Origin: a bacterium
GTDB taxonomy: Bacteria > Hinthialibacterota > Hinthialibacteria > Hinthialibacterales > Hinthialibacteraceae
Direction: 5' to 3'
Length of the DNA: 64,000 nt
Assembly (NCBI GenBank): GCA_963662285.2
Contig: CAXXMV010000008.1
Span: 224,001-288,000, forward strand
How positions within the stretch are numbered: the first letter of the stretch is position 1; every line of letters begins with the position of its first letter. A program made the translations under genes and the position numbers. Positions 9,489 to 21,001 of this stretch are shown here, piece by piece. The notes beneath the pieces are model-generated. The model ran no database searches. It was not told where the DNA came from and saw only the letters and a program-made list of their open reading frames with translations.

Positions 9489-10064
9489 ATGAAAACATTA
9501 ACAGGGGTTAAAGTATATATAATAATTCTATTCTTATGTTTCAAAGCTTGTAGTGTAAAACATGAAGACAATAAAAAGAATCCTTTGGAGAATTCAGATA
9601 ACACCAAAGTTGAAAATTGTGTATATAAATTACATATTGATGAAGATGTAATTGTAAATTGTTTTTTAATGGATGCTAAATCCTCACTAAATGGAGTTGG
9701 ATTTGGTTTAGAATTTTTTTTACTGACTAAAACAATACCGGATATGAAAGATAAAAAAATTGATTTAGAATTTAAGGAAAAGGATAAAGAAGGTAAATAT
9801 ATAAAATGGCGACTTAAACAATATAAAGAAATTCAATTAGAATCAATTAATTTAACAATTATTAATTTAGTAGAAGAAGTAGGTAATCATACAGTTGCAC
9901 CTGTTAGTTCAAATGAAATGCTTCATTTAGACAATCTAGTAAAGGATATTAATATGTATAATAATGTTTTAAAATGTTTAAATGTTAACCAAGAAAATGA
10001 CAATCCTAAATTAGAGGAATTTCAAAAAGACATTTATAATAAGATATATGGTAAAAATAAATAG
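9489..10064 (+). CDS. Hypothetical AT-rich (lipo)protein
   Basis: AAGGAG RBS; hydrophobic N-terminus with FKAC; very AT-rich codons. Confidence 0.6.
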   Translation: MKTLTGVKVYIIILFLCFKACSVKHEDNKKNPLENSDNTKVENCVYKLHIDEDVIVNCFLMDAKSSLNGVGFGLEFFLLTKTIPDMKDKKIDLEFKEKDKEGKYIKWRLKQYKEIQLESINLTIINLVEEVGNHTVAPVSSNEMLHLDNLVKDINMYNNVLKCLNVNQENDNPKLEEFQKDIYNKIYGKNK

Positions 10065-10106
10065 AATATATGTAGACAGGATGAGTGGGATATTCTGGAT
10101 AAAAAG

Positions 10107-10134
10107 CGGCTGCATCATAGAAATGATGCAGCCG
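10107..10134. terminator. Probable intrinsic terminator between convergent genes
   Basis: cggctgcatcat-agaa-atgatgcagccg hairpin preceded by an A-run (U-tail on minus strand). Confidence 0.7.
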
Positions 10135-10162
10135 TTATGCTTATTTGATTCAATGTATTCAA

Positions 10163-11452
10163 TTATGCCGCTGGCTCAGGTGCGTTATTGGCGTCAACAT
10201 TGATTATGCGCGGGATCAATTGCTTTCTGAATAAATAACGCGCTGGCGGTTTCATCATGGCTAATTTGGCCTTATATAGATAATACGACATTGATGGTTC
10301 GACCAGATACTCAGCATCAGTGGGTGATACAACCAGACTGACCTCGATATTGGGAACCAATCCTATGGGAACGCCATTCTTCATGCAGGATTCATAGACA
10401 TGTTTGAAAACGATCACCATATCATCATAAGATGGCGACGGCCAATCTTTCATCACCGATCCCTCGACCGGGCGGAAGATGCACACCGTCGGGAAAGCGC
10501 CGACGCTGGTGATGTAATCAATCGCCTTCAGGGTATCTTCAACCGGCTCGATTCCAGCGATGATCTCGCCTGATACGCGCCCCTTGCCCAATTTACTGCT
10601 GGTATATTCCATGGCCTTGAAGAATGCCTCTTGAGTAATCAAGCGCTGTTTGCCCGGCAGATAGCGGGCGAAATACTCTTTGTTATGCAGTTCATAGCAG
10701 AATGAGAAATGGTCAGCTCCGCAATCGATCAACCAGTCATATTTCCACATATCTGGAGAAGGAATGGCTTGAACGCCAACCAGGTTGCCCACCTCTTCTT
10801 TAATGGCTTTGACGAATGGAGCGCAGATGTCCAGACCTTTGCCATTTTGGTATCCGGTATTGAAATGGGTGAAGGTAACGTCCGACTCCTCTTTGGCTAC
10901 TTTTGATACCTCAACCACTTCTTCAACCGTCTTGCATTCCTTGTCGCCGCCTTTGCTACCGACGTTGAGTCCGGTTATGCAGAAATGACAGTTTTCGCGG
11001 GGATCAGATTTCCAGAAGCCGCATGCTTCTCCCAGATATATCCCCAGATAGGTTCCCTGAAGTACGCCAATCTCACGCATTATCACGTCTGTTGACGTTT
11101 TGCGGGAATACCAATCCGGCGCTGGAGGCAATTTGACGCTATAGGTTTCCTGGTCTTTGGTGTGGACGACTATATATTTTCCATCTTCAAATCGAAGTTC
11201 GTATGGGCTGTATGTCGCAAAACTCTCTTTCACTGGAGCATTCAACCATACATCACGCTTACCTGGAATAACCAGTTCCAGTCCGCTTCCCAGACCGGCT
11301 CTGGCCCGTGCGAAAGTTCTGGCATCCTTATCTAAATCACATGATTTATGGATGCGGATTCCTTTACAAAAAAGATCGATTTCCAGTTCGGCTGGATTAA
11401 GACGCCGACCATGCGCTGAATAATTCACTTCTGATGAGTTCTTCAAAGTCAT
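10163..11452 (-). CDS. Radical SAM protein with extended Cys motif
   Basis: CGFWKSDPRENCHFC (Cx10Cx2C); FNTG, GEIIAGIEP, PTVCIFRP TIM-barrel motifs. Confidence 0.8.
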   Translation of the reverse strand: MTLKNSSEVNYSAHGRRLNPAELEIDLFCKGIRIHKSCDLDKDARTFARARAGLGSGLELVIPGKRDVWLNAPVKESFATYSPYELRFEDGKYIVVHTKDQETYSVKLPPAPDWYSRKTSTDVIMREIGVLQGTYLGIYLGEACGFWKSDPRENCHFCITGLNVGSKGGDKECKTVEEVVEVSKVAKEESDVTFTHFNTGYQNGKGLDICAPFVKAIKEEVGNLVGVQAIPSPDMWKYDWLIDCGADHFSFCYELHNKEYFARYLPGKQRLITQEAFFKAMEYTSSKLGKGRVSGEIIAGIEPVEDTLKAIDYITSVGAFPTVCIFRPVEGSVMKDWPSPSYDDMVIVFKHVYESCMKNGVPIGLVPNIEVSLVVSPTDAEYLVEPSMSYYLYKAKLAMMKPPARYLFRKQLIPRIINVDANNAPEPAA

Positions 11453-11640
11453 TTTCTCCTTGATTCACAGAAAAAGCTGCTTGAACTAGTTTATCATGTA
11501 CTGCCATTCTGCTACAGAAGCGCAATACATTTCTTTACAATATCTTAAAGTCGAATAATCTCAGGTTTCTTGGCATGATAAGTGGTAATATCATTCTCGA
11601 ATAAGCAAAACTATACTAAAATCATGCAGAGATTACCTAG

Positions 11641-13701
<2,061 letters not shown>

Positions 13702-13759
13702 TTTTGATAGAATCGTATCTCTCAAATTGATCGAGTAAATTAAGGCCATCATACCCTAT

Positions 13760-13776
13760 CTGGCACGGAATCTGCA
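13760..13776 (+). promoter_or_regulatory. Sigma-54 (-24/-12) promoter candidate
   Basis: CTGGCACGGAATCTGCA with correct GG-N10-GC spacing, about 45 bp upstream of ORF 13822. Confidence 0.6.
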
Positions 13777-13821
13777 ATATTAGTCCATAAGCACCCTTAG
13801 AGACTGGAAGGATAGGAAAAA

Positions 13822-14994
13822 ATGGCCGATCAAACAGCACCCACTGGGCAATTCATTCCCCTGAACCGCTACAATGCGATTGCGAATACTCCATCGTCAT
13901 ATTCAACGGCGCCTCAAGGCGTTAAAGAGACTCAATATCAGGGGCAATCGTTTCACGACCTTTTCAATCGTACTCAATTGACGTCAGCTCAGTTGAAAAC
14001 CATGCAGGCGCCTCAGACTAATGGCACATCCATGTATTCCACTATTCCTCAAAGCGCGCAAAATCCCACTTTACCTATATTCACTCCCGCGCCTGGAACG
14101 GAATTTTCGGAAACCCAATTTATAGAAACCAATCAACATCTTAAGCATATGCCCAACGTACATCCGGAGGGTGATGAGTTGGCGAATCAGATGTTGAAAA
14201 ATATGCAGGCTTTGAAAAACGCTCAAGCCAATAATGCATCGAAGCAATTTGCTCCTCAGCAATCGCTATCAGACGTGACCCGGAACACTACGCCTTACGT
14301 GAATCCCAAGTCGGCGCAGATTAATCCACAACCAGATATTACCGCCAGCGCCTTCGATTCAGCTCTGGCCAGCAATACAGCCATACCGTCTACCGAGCCA
14401 ATTATTATACCGGTTATTCATGATATACCAGCCAGTGCAACGCCGATGATTGTATCAGCAAATACTGCGTCTCAATCAAATTTCCCGGCTTATATTCCAA
14501 CAGATACAGTTTCGCAGCAGATTCTCGCGGCCAGACAGGCTAGCGCCGCCGGACAGACATCATTCAATCAACCACAGCAGTTGGCTCAGTTAACCGCCGA
14601 CAATCAGCTTGCCAGCCAACAGGTTGGAGAGATTACAACCAATGCGCCAGCCAAGAAAGGCTTCTTCAGCGCTATGGGTTCATTCTTCAAAAATATCGCC
14701 AGCGGCGTTACTCTAGGTATTTACCGCCCCGATGGAGAAGCAGCGCCTCAAGGAATCAAACGCATTACTTATCCGATAAAAAAGTTAGTCTGGGATACGC
14801 CCAAGAGCATCGTATATGACGCTCCGGTAGGAATTTATAACGATATCAGCCAAAGCGGTAAAAAAAGCGAGTCTCAAGAGCAAACTCTTCGCGCCAGCCA
14901 TACCCTGACGCTTAATGACGTTACGCCCACAACGAATAAAACTCATTCATCCAGTCATGGCCGCCGATCATTGCGGAGGAATTTTTATACTTGA
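13822..14994 (+). CDS. Hypothetical Q/T/A/P-rich, largely low-complexity protein
   Basis: 390-aa ORF with AGGA RBS; no recognisable domain. Confidence 0.75.
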   Translation: MADQTAPTGQFIPLNRYNAIANTPSSYSTAPQGVKETQYQGQSFHDLFNRTQLTSAQLKTMQAPQTNGTSMYSTIPQSAQNPTLPIFTPAPGTEFSETQFIETNQHLKHMPNVHPEGDELANQMLKNMQALKNAQANNASKQFAPQQSLSDVTRNTTPYVNPKSAQINPQPDITASAFDSALASNTAIPSTEPIIIPVIHDIPASATPMIVSANTASQSNFPAYIPTDTVSQQILAARQASAAGQTSFNQPQQLAQLTADNQLASQQVGEITTNAPAKKGFFSAMGSFFKNIASGVTLGIYRPDGEAAPQGIKRITYPIKKLVWDTPKSIVYDAPVGIYNDISQSGKKSESQEQTLRASHTLTLNDVTPTTNKTHSSSHGRRSLRRNFYT

Positions 14995-16158
14995 TTAAGA
15001 TGAGGTAGAACTGCCAGGTTCAATTTTAATTACCTCGACGGGACATACAATTTTGCAGGCGCCGCACCCGACGCATAAATCATTGATTACAAACGGGTAA
15101 TAGGAGAAACCATCCGGCGTTTCTTTGATTTCAACAGCGCCATATTCGCAGAAAGTCTTACAGCGGTCGCATTCTTTATTATTGGTCAGCAAACATCCAG
15201 CCAGTTCGATCCTGGCTACGCCGATCACCAATCGTCTTTTTTCTTCCACAGAAAACTTTGCAATAGCCCCGCTGGGGCATACGCTGCCGCACAGGATGCA
15301 TTCCGGCAGACAATAGGTTTGTTTGAATTGTATCTGTGGAGTTAACGCTCCAATAAGGTCATGAGCATCAAGATAAGATTTAATAATATTGCTGGGACAA
15401 ACTTTGACGCAGTTACCGCACCGGGCGCATAAGGTTTTGAAATTCGAGTCATCGACGGCGCCTGGAGGCCGCAGATTCACGGTTCGTTTAGCATTGACGT
15501 ATTTCTGTAATATCAAACTCAATCCAGCACTCAATACTCCAGTAAAAAAATATCTCCGACCTTGATTCATAAAAGGTTTGTTAGAAGCTGATCTCTCACG
15601 AACCACCCGCTTTATATCCGTAGCAATATCCTGCAATCCACCTAGAGGACACAATCTCTGACACCAGATATGGGGAATACAAATATTAATCAAAATAAGC
15701 AATATAAAACCGGAACTTTTTAGCAGGATAATGCTGATGGGCATCGGTTGAAATACATCGAAAAACGCATAGAAGATATTAACCGGATCGATTACGATCA
15801 ACATCGGCGCTCCCAACGCAGCCAGAACCAATGCCATGATGCAAAGGTATTTATGAATCAGAGGTATACGGTTAAGTTTATTCTGTTTGATTCCTATCCC
15901 GGACGCTGCATCGCATAACGCCCCTGTGGGACAGATATACCTACAGAAAAACTGATGCCTGAAGAATAACGCTATTAAGACAGTAACGCCTAAAAGATTA
16001 AGCGCCGTCATTGTCCAAGTAGCAAGTAATGAATTCAAGAGTATGTACGGACTAAACCACAGAAACAGCCCGGTAAAAATACCGAACTGTATTGGTAAAG
16101 CCAATATTATAGCCGCCAGTAATGAGACATAGCGTATGTGTCGGGATTTTATAGTCAC
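14995..16158 (-). CDS. Membrane polyferredoxin (NapH-like membrane part fused to NapG/MauM-like 4Fe-4S part)
   Basis: TM helices with CRYICPTG and CQRLCPLG; LRPPGA; multiple CxxCxxCxxxCP motifs. Confidence 0.88.
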   Translation of the reverse strand: MTIKSRHIRYVSLLAAIILALPIQFGIFTGLFLWFSPYILLNSLLATWTMTALNLLGVTVLIALFFRHQFFCRYICPTGALCDAASGIGIKQNKLNRIPLIHKYLCIMALVLAALGAPMLIVIDPVNIFYAFFDVFQPMPISIILLKSSGFILLILINICIPHIWCQRLCPLGGLQDIATDIKRVVRERSASNKPFMNQGRRYFFTGVLSAGLSLILQKYVNAKRTVNLRPPGAVDDSNFKTLCARCGNCVKVCPSNIIKSYLDAHDLIGALTPQIQFKQTYCLPECILCGSVCPSGAIAKFSVEEKRRLVIGVARIELAGCLLTNNKECDRCKTFCEYGAVEIKETPDGFSYYPFVINDLCVGCGACKIVCPVEVIKIEPGSSTSS

Positions 16159-16183
16159 CTTAGATGCATTCTATGATTTCGCT

Positions 16184-16425
16184 GGGCGCCAAGGGCAGCG
16201 ACGGGTGGCAAGGGCAAGACCGCAGAGCGGTCAGCCCTTGATTCAGTTCACCTATTATATTTCTATCATTTCAACCGACATTCCACTCAGAAAATAGAAT
16301 GATGATTTTCTTTATTGTTGCAATAATTGAATAAATTCATTATAAAAGAGTGAATTATTATAAAAATTATTACGTTTCCCCAAAGTTTTCAGTCAAGGGC
16401 AGACAGGACGCTGCCCTTGGCGCCC
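16184..16425. repeat. REPIN-like element, CAAGGGC/GCCCTTG family
   Basis: 17-bp perfect inverted repeat GGGCGCCAAGGGCAGCG (16184-16200) / CGCTGCCCTTGGCGCCC (16409-16425); related copies near 9374-9407 and 36626-36666. Confidence 0.75.
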
Positions 16426-16446
16426 GTAGTTTTACTATTAAACAAA

Positions 16447-17772
16447 TCACCCAAGAAACGCTTTTTGTTCTATCAATATTTTCTGAACCTGCTTGATGTC
16501 AATATCCTTAGCCGGGCTATTTGACCGTGCGGCGACCGCAGCCGCTGCTCCAGCGCCATGACCAGTGATAATGCAAGTACCAATAATACGGGCGTCTTCC
16601 ACCAGTTTTTTCTCGAAACTGAAGCAACGTCCAGCCGCCAGCAGGTTCTTGGTTTTCTTGGGCAGCAATGCGCGGTATGGAATTTGCCACCAAGGCCGTT
16701 CCCTGGTACTGACCCGTTTGCCATTATAAAGCAGACTGGTCCATGCTCCGCTGACGCCGATTACGTCATCGAATTGCCGATAGGTCATGGTATCCTTGAG
16801 CGTCAGTTGGTAATCGCCATCTAGAATCCTCGATGCCCGCACGCCGATCTGGGCTGCGGTATCCAACAGGAATACATCCTCATATCCCGGCATTTTCTTC
16901 AGTTTTTCGACTCTTTCCCAGACATCAATCCGGTATTTCTGCTGCAAGTCTGACAAGGTATACATATCAATGCCGTTCTGGTTATCCTCGCCATGCATAT
17001 TAACCCAATTCACGCTGGGTATGGGGGTAGGATTGCCAATGGGTAATTTCTTATATCCGGGCTTGGTTTTATCAATGCTGTCGATATTACCCAAGCGGTG
17101 CACCAGACCGATGTGATAAAACATGTTCTCATAATTTTCATCGGCCAGATGCAGGATATCGCCATCGCCGGTGCAATCGATAACCACTTTGGGATTGACC
17201 GCCACCCGGCCTGATTTGGTTTCCAGAATGACTGATTTGATCCAGTTGTTTTCGAGAATCACATTCGACGCCCAGCAGTGATAAAGCATCTTAACGCCGG
17301 AATCCCGAATCATTAAATCAAAGACATACTTACCAGCTTCGGGATCAATAACCGGATTCACTTCATCAATGGCCATGTGCATTGCTCTCAATTTCTGAGC
17401 CATCTCATCGCCGATGCCATAGATCACCTGCTTGAATTTGCCGCTCTGATCAAGCGCGTGGGTTGAGAGCAGGGGAAGAACCAAACCTCCTGTCCACAGC
17501 CCGCCTAAGTGATTGTAACGTTCAACCAAAAGCGTACTGGCGCCAGCGCGGCCAGCAGCCAAGGCAGCAGTAACCCCCGCCGGTCCGCCGCCAATCACCA
17601 ACACATCCGGCTCTTCAATAACCGGAATCTCGCGCGCCGGTTCAGTAACCGTCTTTCCATGCCCTAACGCCAAGTCTGCTGATTTCGAATCAGCTGCATT
17701 ACTGTACTGTGATCCGCTGAGTAAAGCGCCTTGAGTTAAAACCAGATTTGTTAGAAATGTTCTTCGTCGCAT
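16447..17772 (-). CDS. Tat-exported FAD-dependent oxidoreductase
   Basis: MRRRTFL twin-arginine signal; DVLVIGGGPAG; IDCTGDGD; QIPYRALLP..NLLAAGRC. Confidence 0.9.
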   Translation of the reverse strand: MRRRTFLTNLVLTQGALLSGSQYSNAADSKSADLALGHGKTVTEPAREIPVIEEPDVLVIGGGPAGVTAALAAGRAGASTLLVERYNHLGGLWTGGLVLPLLSTHALDQSGKFKQVIYGIGDEMAQKLRAMHMAIDEVNPVIDPEAGKYVFDLMIRDSGVKMLYHCWASNVILENNWIKSVILETKSGRVAVNPKVVIDCTGDGDILHLADENYENMFYHIGLVHRLGNIDSIDKTKPGYKKLPIGNPTPIPSVNWVNMHGEDNQNGIDMYTLSDLQQKYRIDVWERVEKLKKMPGYEDVFLLDTAAQIGVRASRILDGDYQLTLKDTMTYRQFDDVIGVSGAWTSLLYNGKRVSTRERPWWQIPYRALLPKKTKNLLAAGRCFSFEKKLVEDARIIGTCIITGHGAGAAAAVAARSNSPAKDIDIKQVQKILIEQKAFLG

Positions 17773-17892
17773 GATTCTCCTCTTATATAGAGATCGTTAA
17801 TTCACAAAATTATTTTCGTATATGGTGTATAGATTACCAAAAGAATAAGCATATTAATAGCAGTGGATTTACTCAAAAACTGTATAAAAGGA

Positions 17893-17926
17893 TAACGCCC
17901 CACCTGAATTATCAAATGGGGCGTTA
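17893..17926 (-). terminator. Hairpin downstream of the 17964-19070 gene
   Basis: taacgcccca...tggggcgtta. Confidence 0.6.
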
Positions 17927-17963
17927 AACTTAATGCAAAATCACATATAAAAACTCGGGGAAA

Positions 17964-19070
17964 TTAATAGAGTTCCCAGCCGGAAACAGGAGTTCCTCCA
18001 GCGCCTTGAGGATCAAAAGCGCCCGCCATGGTTCCTACAAAATAATCATACTGGAAACCACCAGCGGCTGAAGTTCCAGCGCTGCCTATATTAAATGCCA
18101 GTTCCTTCAAACCGGTCCATGTAGCAGTATCCTGCAAATCTTCCGGATCGGGGCGATCAACGCCATCGCCTCTTTGGATGACAGCTTCAATCGGTTCCAA
18201 ACTTCCGTCGCCAAAAGCGCGAACATTGATCAATGTAGGATCTGCAGCATCCACTTTTGCGCTGATCCATACAGAATGAAATGCAGTAGTATCAATATCC
18301 GTTAGAATTGGAACATTTTTGGCGCCATAATCTGTACCAGCAGCGTCTCCCTCTAAATCATTAACCAAGACTGACAATGTACCTTCAGTGTAATATCCTA
18401 CTCCAACCAGAATATTCTGAAGTCCATCAGCAGGATCGACGTATCCAACCCCGACATGAGCGCGGTCTGATGCTTCAGGGATGAAACGTAAAGTTCCATC
18501 ACCATTTGGTACGCCGTCGCCATCAGGATCAAGAGCGACGCTAACCAGATCTTCAGAGGCGCCAATATCAACATCGGGAACGATGGGGAAGATACGGAAA
18601 CGGGCGCAATAGGTAATTCCAGTAATGAATGGATCTTCTGTCAAAGCGCCTGGTTCATGCAGCGCAGCCAGGAAGAAGATTTTCCGGTCGCTGGGATCAG
18701 AAAGACCCAATTTTCGTGGATCGCCAAGATCGATAAGACGCATGGCAATAGCATCCGCTGCAGCGGTTACGCCATCTTCCGTCTCACCAACGCCTACTAA
18801 AGTTTCAACCTGTACTACATCGCCAACCAACACGCCATCCTGGATATAGACTTCCATTGCGTTAAAATCTTCAGTATGGGCATTCCCCGAATAGGAATCG
18901 CTTCCATTATTGTGATCCCAAACCGGGTCGCCTTCATAATCAGGAATTTTCTGCCATTCTTCCACGAAGGTCCAACCACCTGGAGGATCTGCCCATCCGC
19001 CACGGTCAGCAAAAGACGCAGGAACGATTAACATCATTCCTAACAAGGCTAATACAATACCTTTTCCCAT
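17964..19070 (-). CDS. Secreted acidic hypothetical protein with C-terminal WELY tail
   Basis: Start MGKGIV at 19070 with AAGGAG RBS; signal peptide ending ASFA; D-rich loop DPDGDGVPNGDG; ends GAGGTPVSGWELY. Confidence 0.8.
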   Translation of the reverse strand: MGKGIVLALLGMMLIVPASFADRGGWADPPGGWTFVEEWQKIPDYEGDPVWDHNNGSDSYSGNAHTEDFNAMEVYIQDGVLVGDVVQVETLVGVGETEDGVTAAADAIAMRLIDLGDPRKLGLSDPSDRKIFFLAALHEPGALTEDPFITGITYCARFRIFPIVPDVDIGASEDLVSVALDPDGDGVPNGDGTLRFIPEASDRAHVGVGYVDPADGLQNILVGVGYYTEGTLSVLVNDLEGDAAGTDYGAKNVPILTDIDTTAFHSVWISAKVDAADPTLINVRAFGDGSLEPIEAVIQRGDGVDRPDPEDLQDTATWTGLKELAFNIGSAGTSAAGGFQYDYFVGTMAGAFDPQGAGGTPVSGWELY

Positions 19071-19312
19071 AATAATTCTCCTTTCACAACCAATAACAAA
19101 ATATGATTTCCAAATGAAATTGGAAATACGAATTACCACTCAAGTGCAATCAATACAATATTCATTCGATAGCATAATTAATACATATTTATATTCTCAA
19201 ATAATTTCATAAAAATCAATAGCATGATTCAAAAAAAACTCATTTTCTTTAATCACTTTATCTTACTGTATTTACAGGTGTTATAACATTTTACACAAAA
19301 AATCTGCAAAAA

Positions 19313-19363
19313 AATTAACGTTAACGCCCACCTGGATTGCCAAACGGGGCGTTAACGTTAATT
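19313..19363. repeat. Hairpin with 17-bp perfect stem, homologous to the hairpin at 17893
   Basis: aattaacgttaacgccc-acctggattgccaaacg-gggcgttaacgttaatt. Confidence 0.75.
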
Positions 19364-19564
19364 CAGCATAATAAAAATAAGAAGAATATTTGTCTCACTT
19401 AATTAATAGGACAATTATCAAGCAATAGTTAAAAAAAACATCGATCAATAGGGATTTCGATACAATAGTTTTCTGTGTTAATATTGAATCACTCATACTA
19501 TATAAATAATATTATTGAATAATTCCAACACGATCAACGTTTCAATATTCAGGACAAAACACCA

Positions 19565-20998
19565 ATGAAAAAACTCTGGATTTCATTAATCACATTAACC
19601 GCTCTGCTGGGCTTCACTGGCGCCTCAATCAATGCAGAAATCTATATCACCACGGAACCTGACATAATTCAAATAAAGAATAAACAACGCGATGATATCC
19701 AACAGGCGCAGTCCGCTGATGCTAATACCCTGCAAAAACTTGAGTTAACCCAGGAATCACTGCACACCTTAAACCGCCTTAAGGTTTATCGGTTCATAGT
19801 GAATTACTCGCATTTTCAAAAAGAAATTGACGAACTTGTTTCTATTATTACGTCAGTCAGCGCTGAGATGGAACAAGTAATGGATGCGGAAAATCCCTCT
19901 ACTGAGGATTTAAGAAACCTCTTTGAATACACTTACAACATCTGGTATTTGATAGACGCGCAAATACTGCTGGGCAACGAACATATTGGTGAAATCAAAA
20001 CAATTCAAGCAAAACGTTATGATTTCCAATCAAAAATCGCAGGTCTAACAAAAGCGAATGTAATCAACGGTGATATAAAACGGGCGGAACTTGGGCTGCA
20101 AAGCCGTATATGGCTGGCCATTTATCATTTGCAATCCGCAAAGTGGGAAAAAGAGACGCAGGATGTTTATCTGCAACCCGTACTTGAATTCCTTAATTAT
20201 CTGAATGGACGGAAGATAGAGTCTCCCAAAATCGAAGAAGAAATCCTGCACGCCAGAAATGTCGAGATTCAGATATATTTTGTGACGGAACAATATCAAC
20301 TATGCATCGACAGCGTGGATAAATATTTTGGCGAGACCATAAAGACGCTGACGCCTGAGACGCCGGAAAGCGAAGCGACCAGGGCTGCATTAGGCGCTCT
20401 TAGCCATAAAATCAAATGTATCGGCGCCCAACACCGCCCCGATATCTTTTCTATACGCAATAGCATTAGATTAATCCAGAAAAATCTAAAAGAGAAATCT
20501 GATTTCAGAGCCTATCTCGACGATGTGCGTAACGAAGCCGAACAATATCCCCTGACTCCAGACCAGGAAAATATCTTACGGGATACCATGAAAACAGCGG
20601 AGTATCTTACAACTTTTGGCGACCGTCACGCCGATGTAAGCCCCAGACAAGACCCGCTGGTTCAAAAATGGAGACTGGTTTTTAAGTTTTACGAAGCACT
20701 GGGTATGAAAGAATTGAGCGATGAGAAAAAAATTGAATTGGTAGCGCAATATCCCAATCGGTTTGCAGAATACAGGTTGATGGCTGAAATCCAAAAGCAG
20801 CGTCAACAGATGCAAGAGCGGCAGGAAAATCTAAAAAAATCGCAAGAAATCAAGAGAAGAAATAAGCGATGGATGAACATCTCTCAATACGCCATCGGAT
20901 CACTCATGATTATTCTAACTATGGTAATCTCAGCCCGAAGAAGGAGAGAAGAAGAGGAAAAGGAAAAGAAAGATGATGGCCGATGGAAAGGCGTTTGA
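19565..20998 (+). CDS. Hypothetical exported alpha-helical protein with C-terminal TM anchor
   Basis: Signal peptide; coiled-coil-like segment; YAIGSLMIILTMVISA followed by RRRR. Confidence 0.75.
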   Translation: MKKLWISLITLTALLGFTGASINAEIYITTEPDIIQIKNKQRDDIQQAQSADANTLQKLELTQESLHTLNRLKVYRFIVNYSHFQKEIDELVSIITSVSAEMEQVMDAENPSTEDLRNLFEYTYNIWYLIDAQILLGNEHIGEIKTIQAKRYDFQSKIAGLTKANVINGDIKRAELGLQSRIWLAIYHLQSAKWEKETQDVYLQPVLEFLNYLNGRKIESPKIEEEILHARNVEIQIYFVTEQYQLCIDSVDKYFGETIKTLTPETPESEATRAALGALSHKIKCIGAQHRPDIFSIRNSIRLIQKNLKEKSDFRAYLDDVRNEAEQYPLTPDQENILRDTMKTAEYLTTFGDRHADVSPRQDPLVQKWRLVFKFYEALGMKELSDEKKIELVAQYPNRFAEYRLMAEIQKQRQQMQERQENLKKSQEIKRRNKRWMNISQYAIGSLMIILTMVISARRRREEEEKEKKDDGRWKGV

Positions 20999-21001
20999 TT
21001 C

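Noticed and set aside
11571-11586. TGGCATGATAAGTGGT as a sigma-54 promoter for ligA
   Set aside because: The conserved -12 GC is missing.
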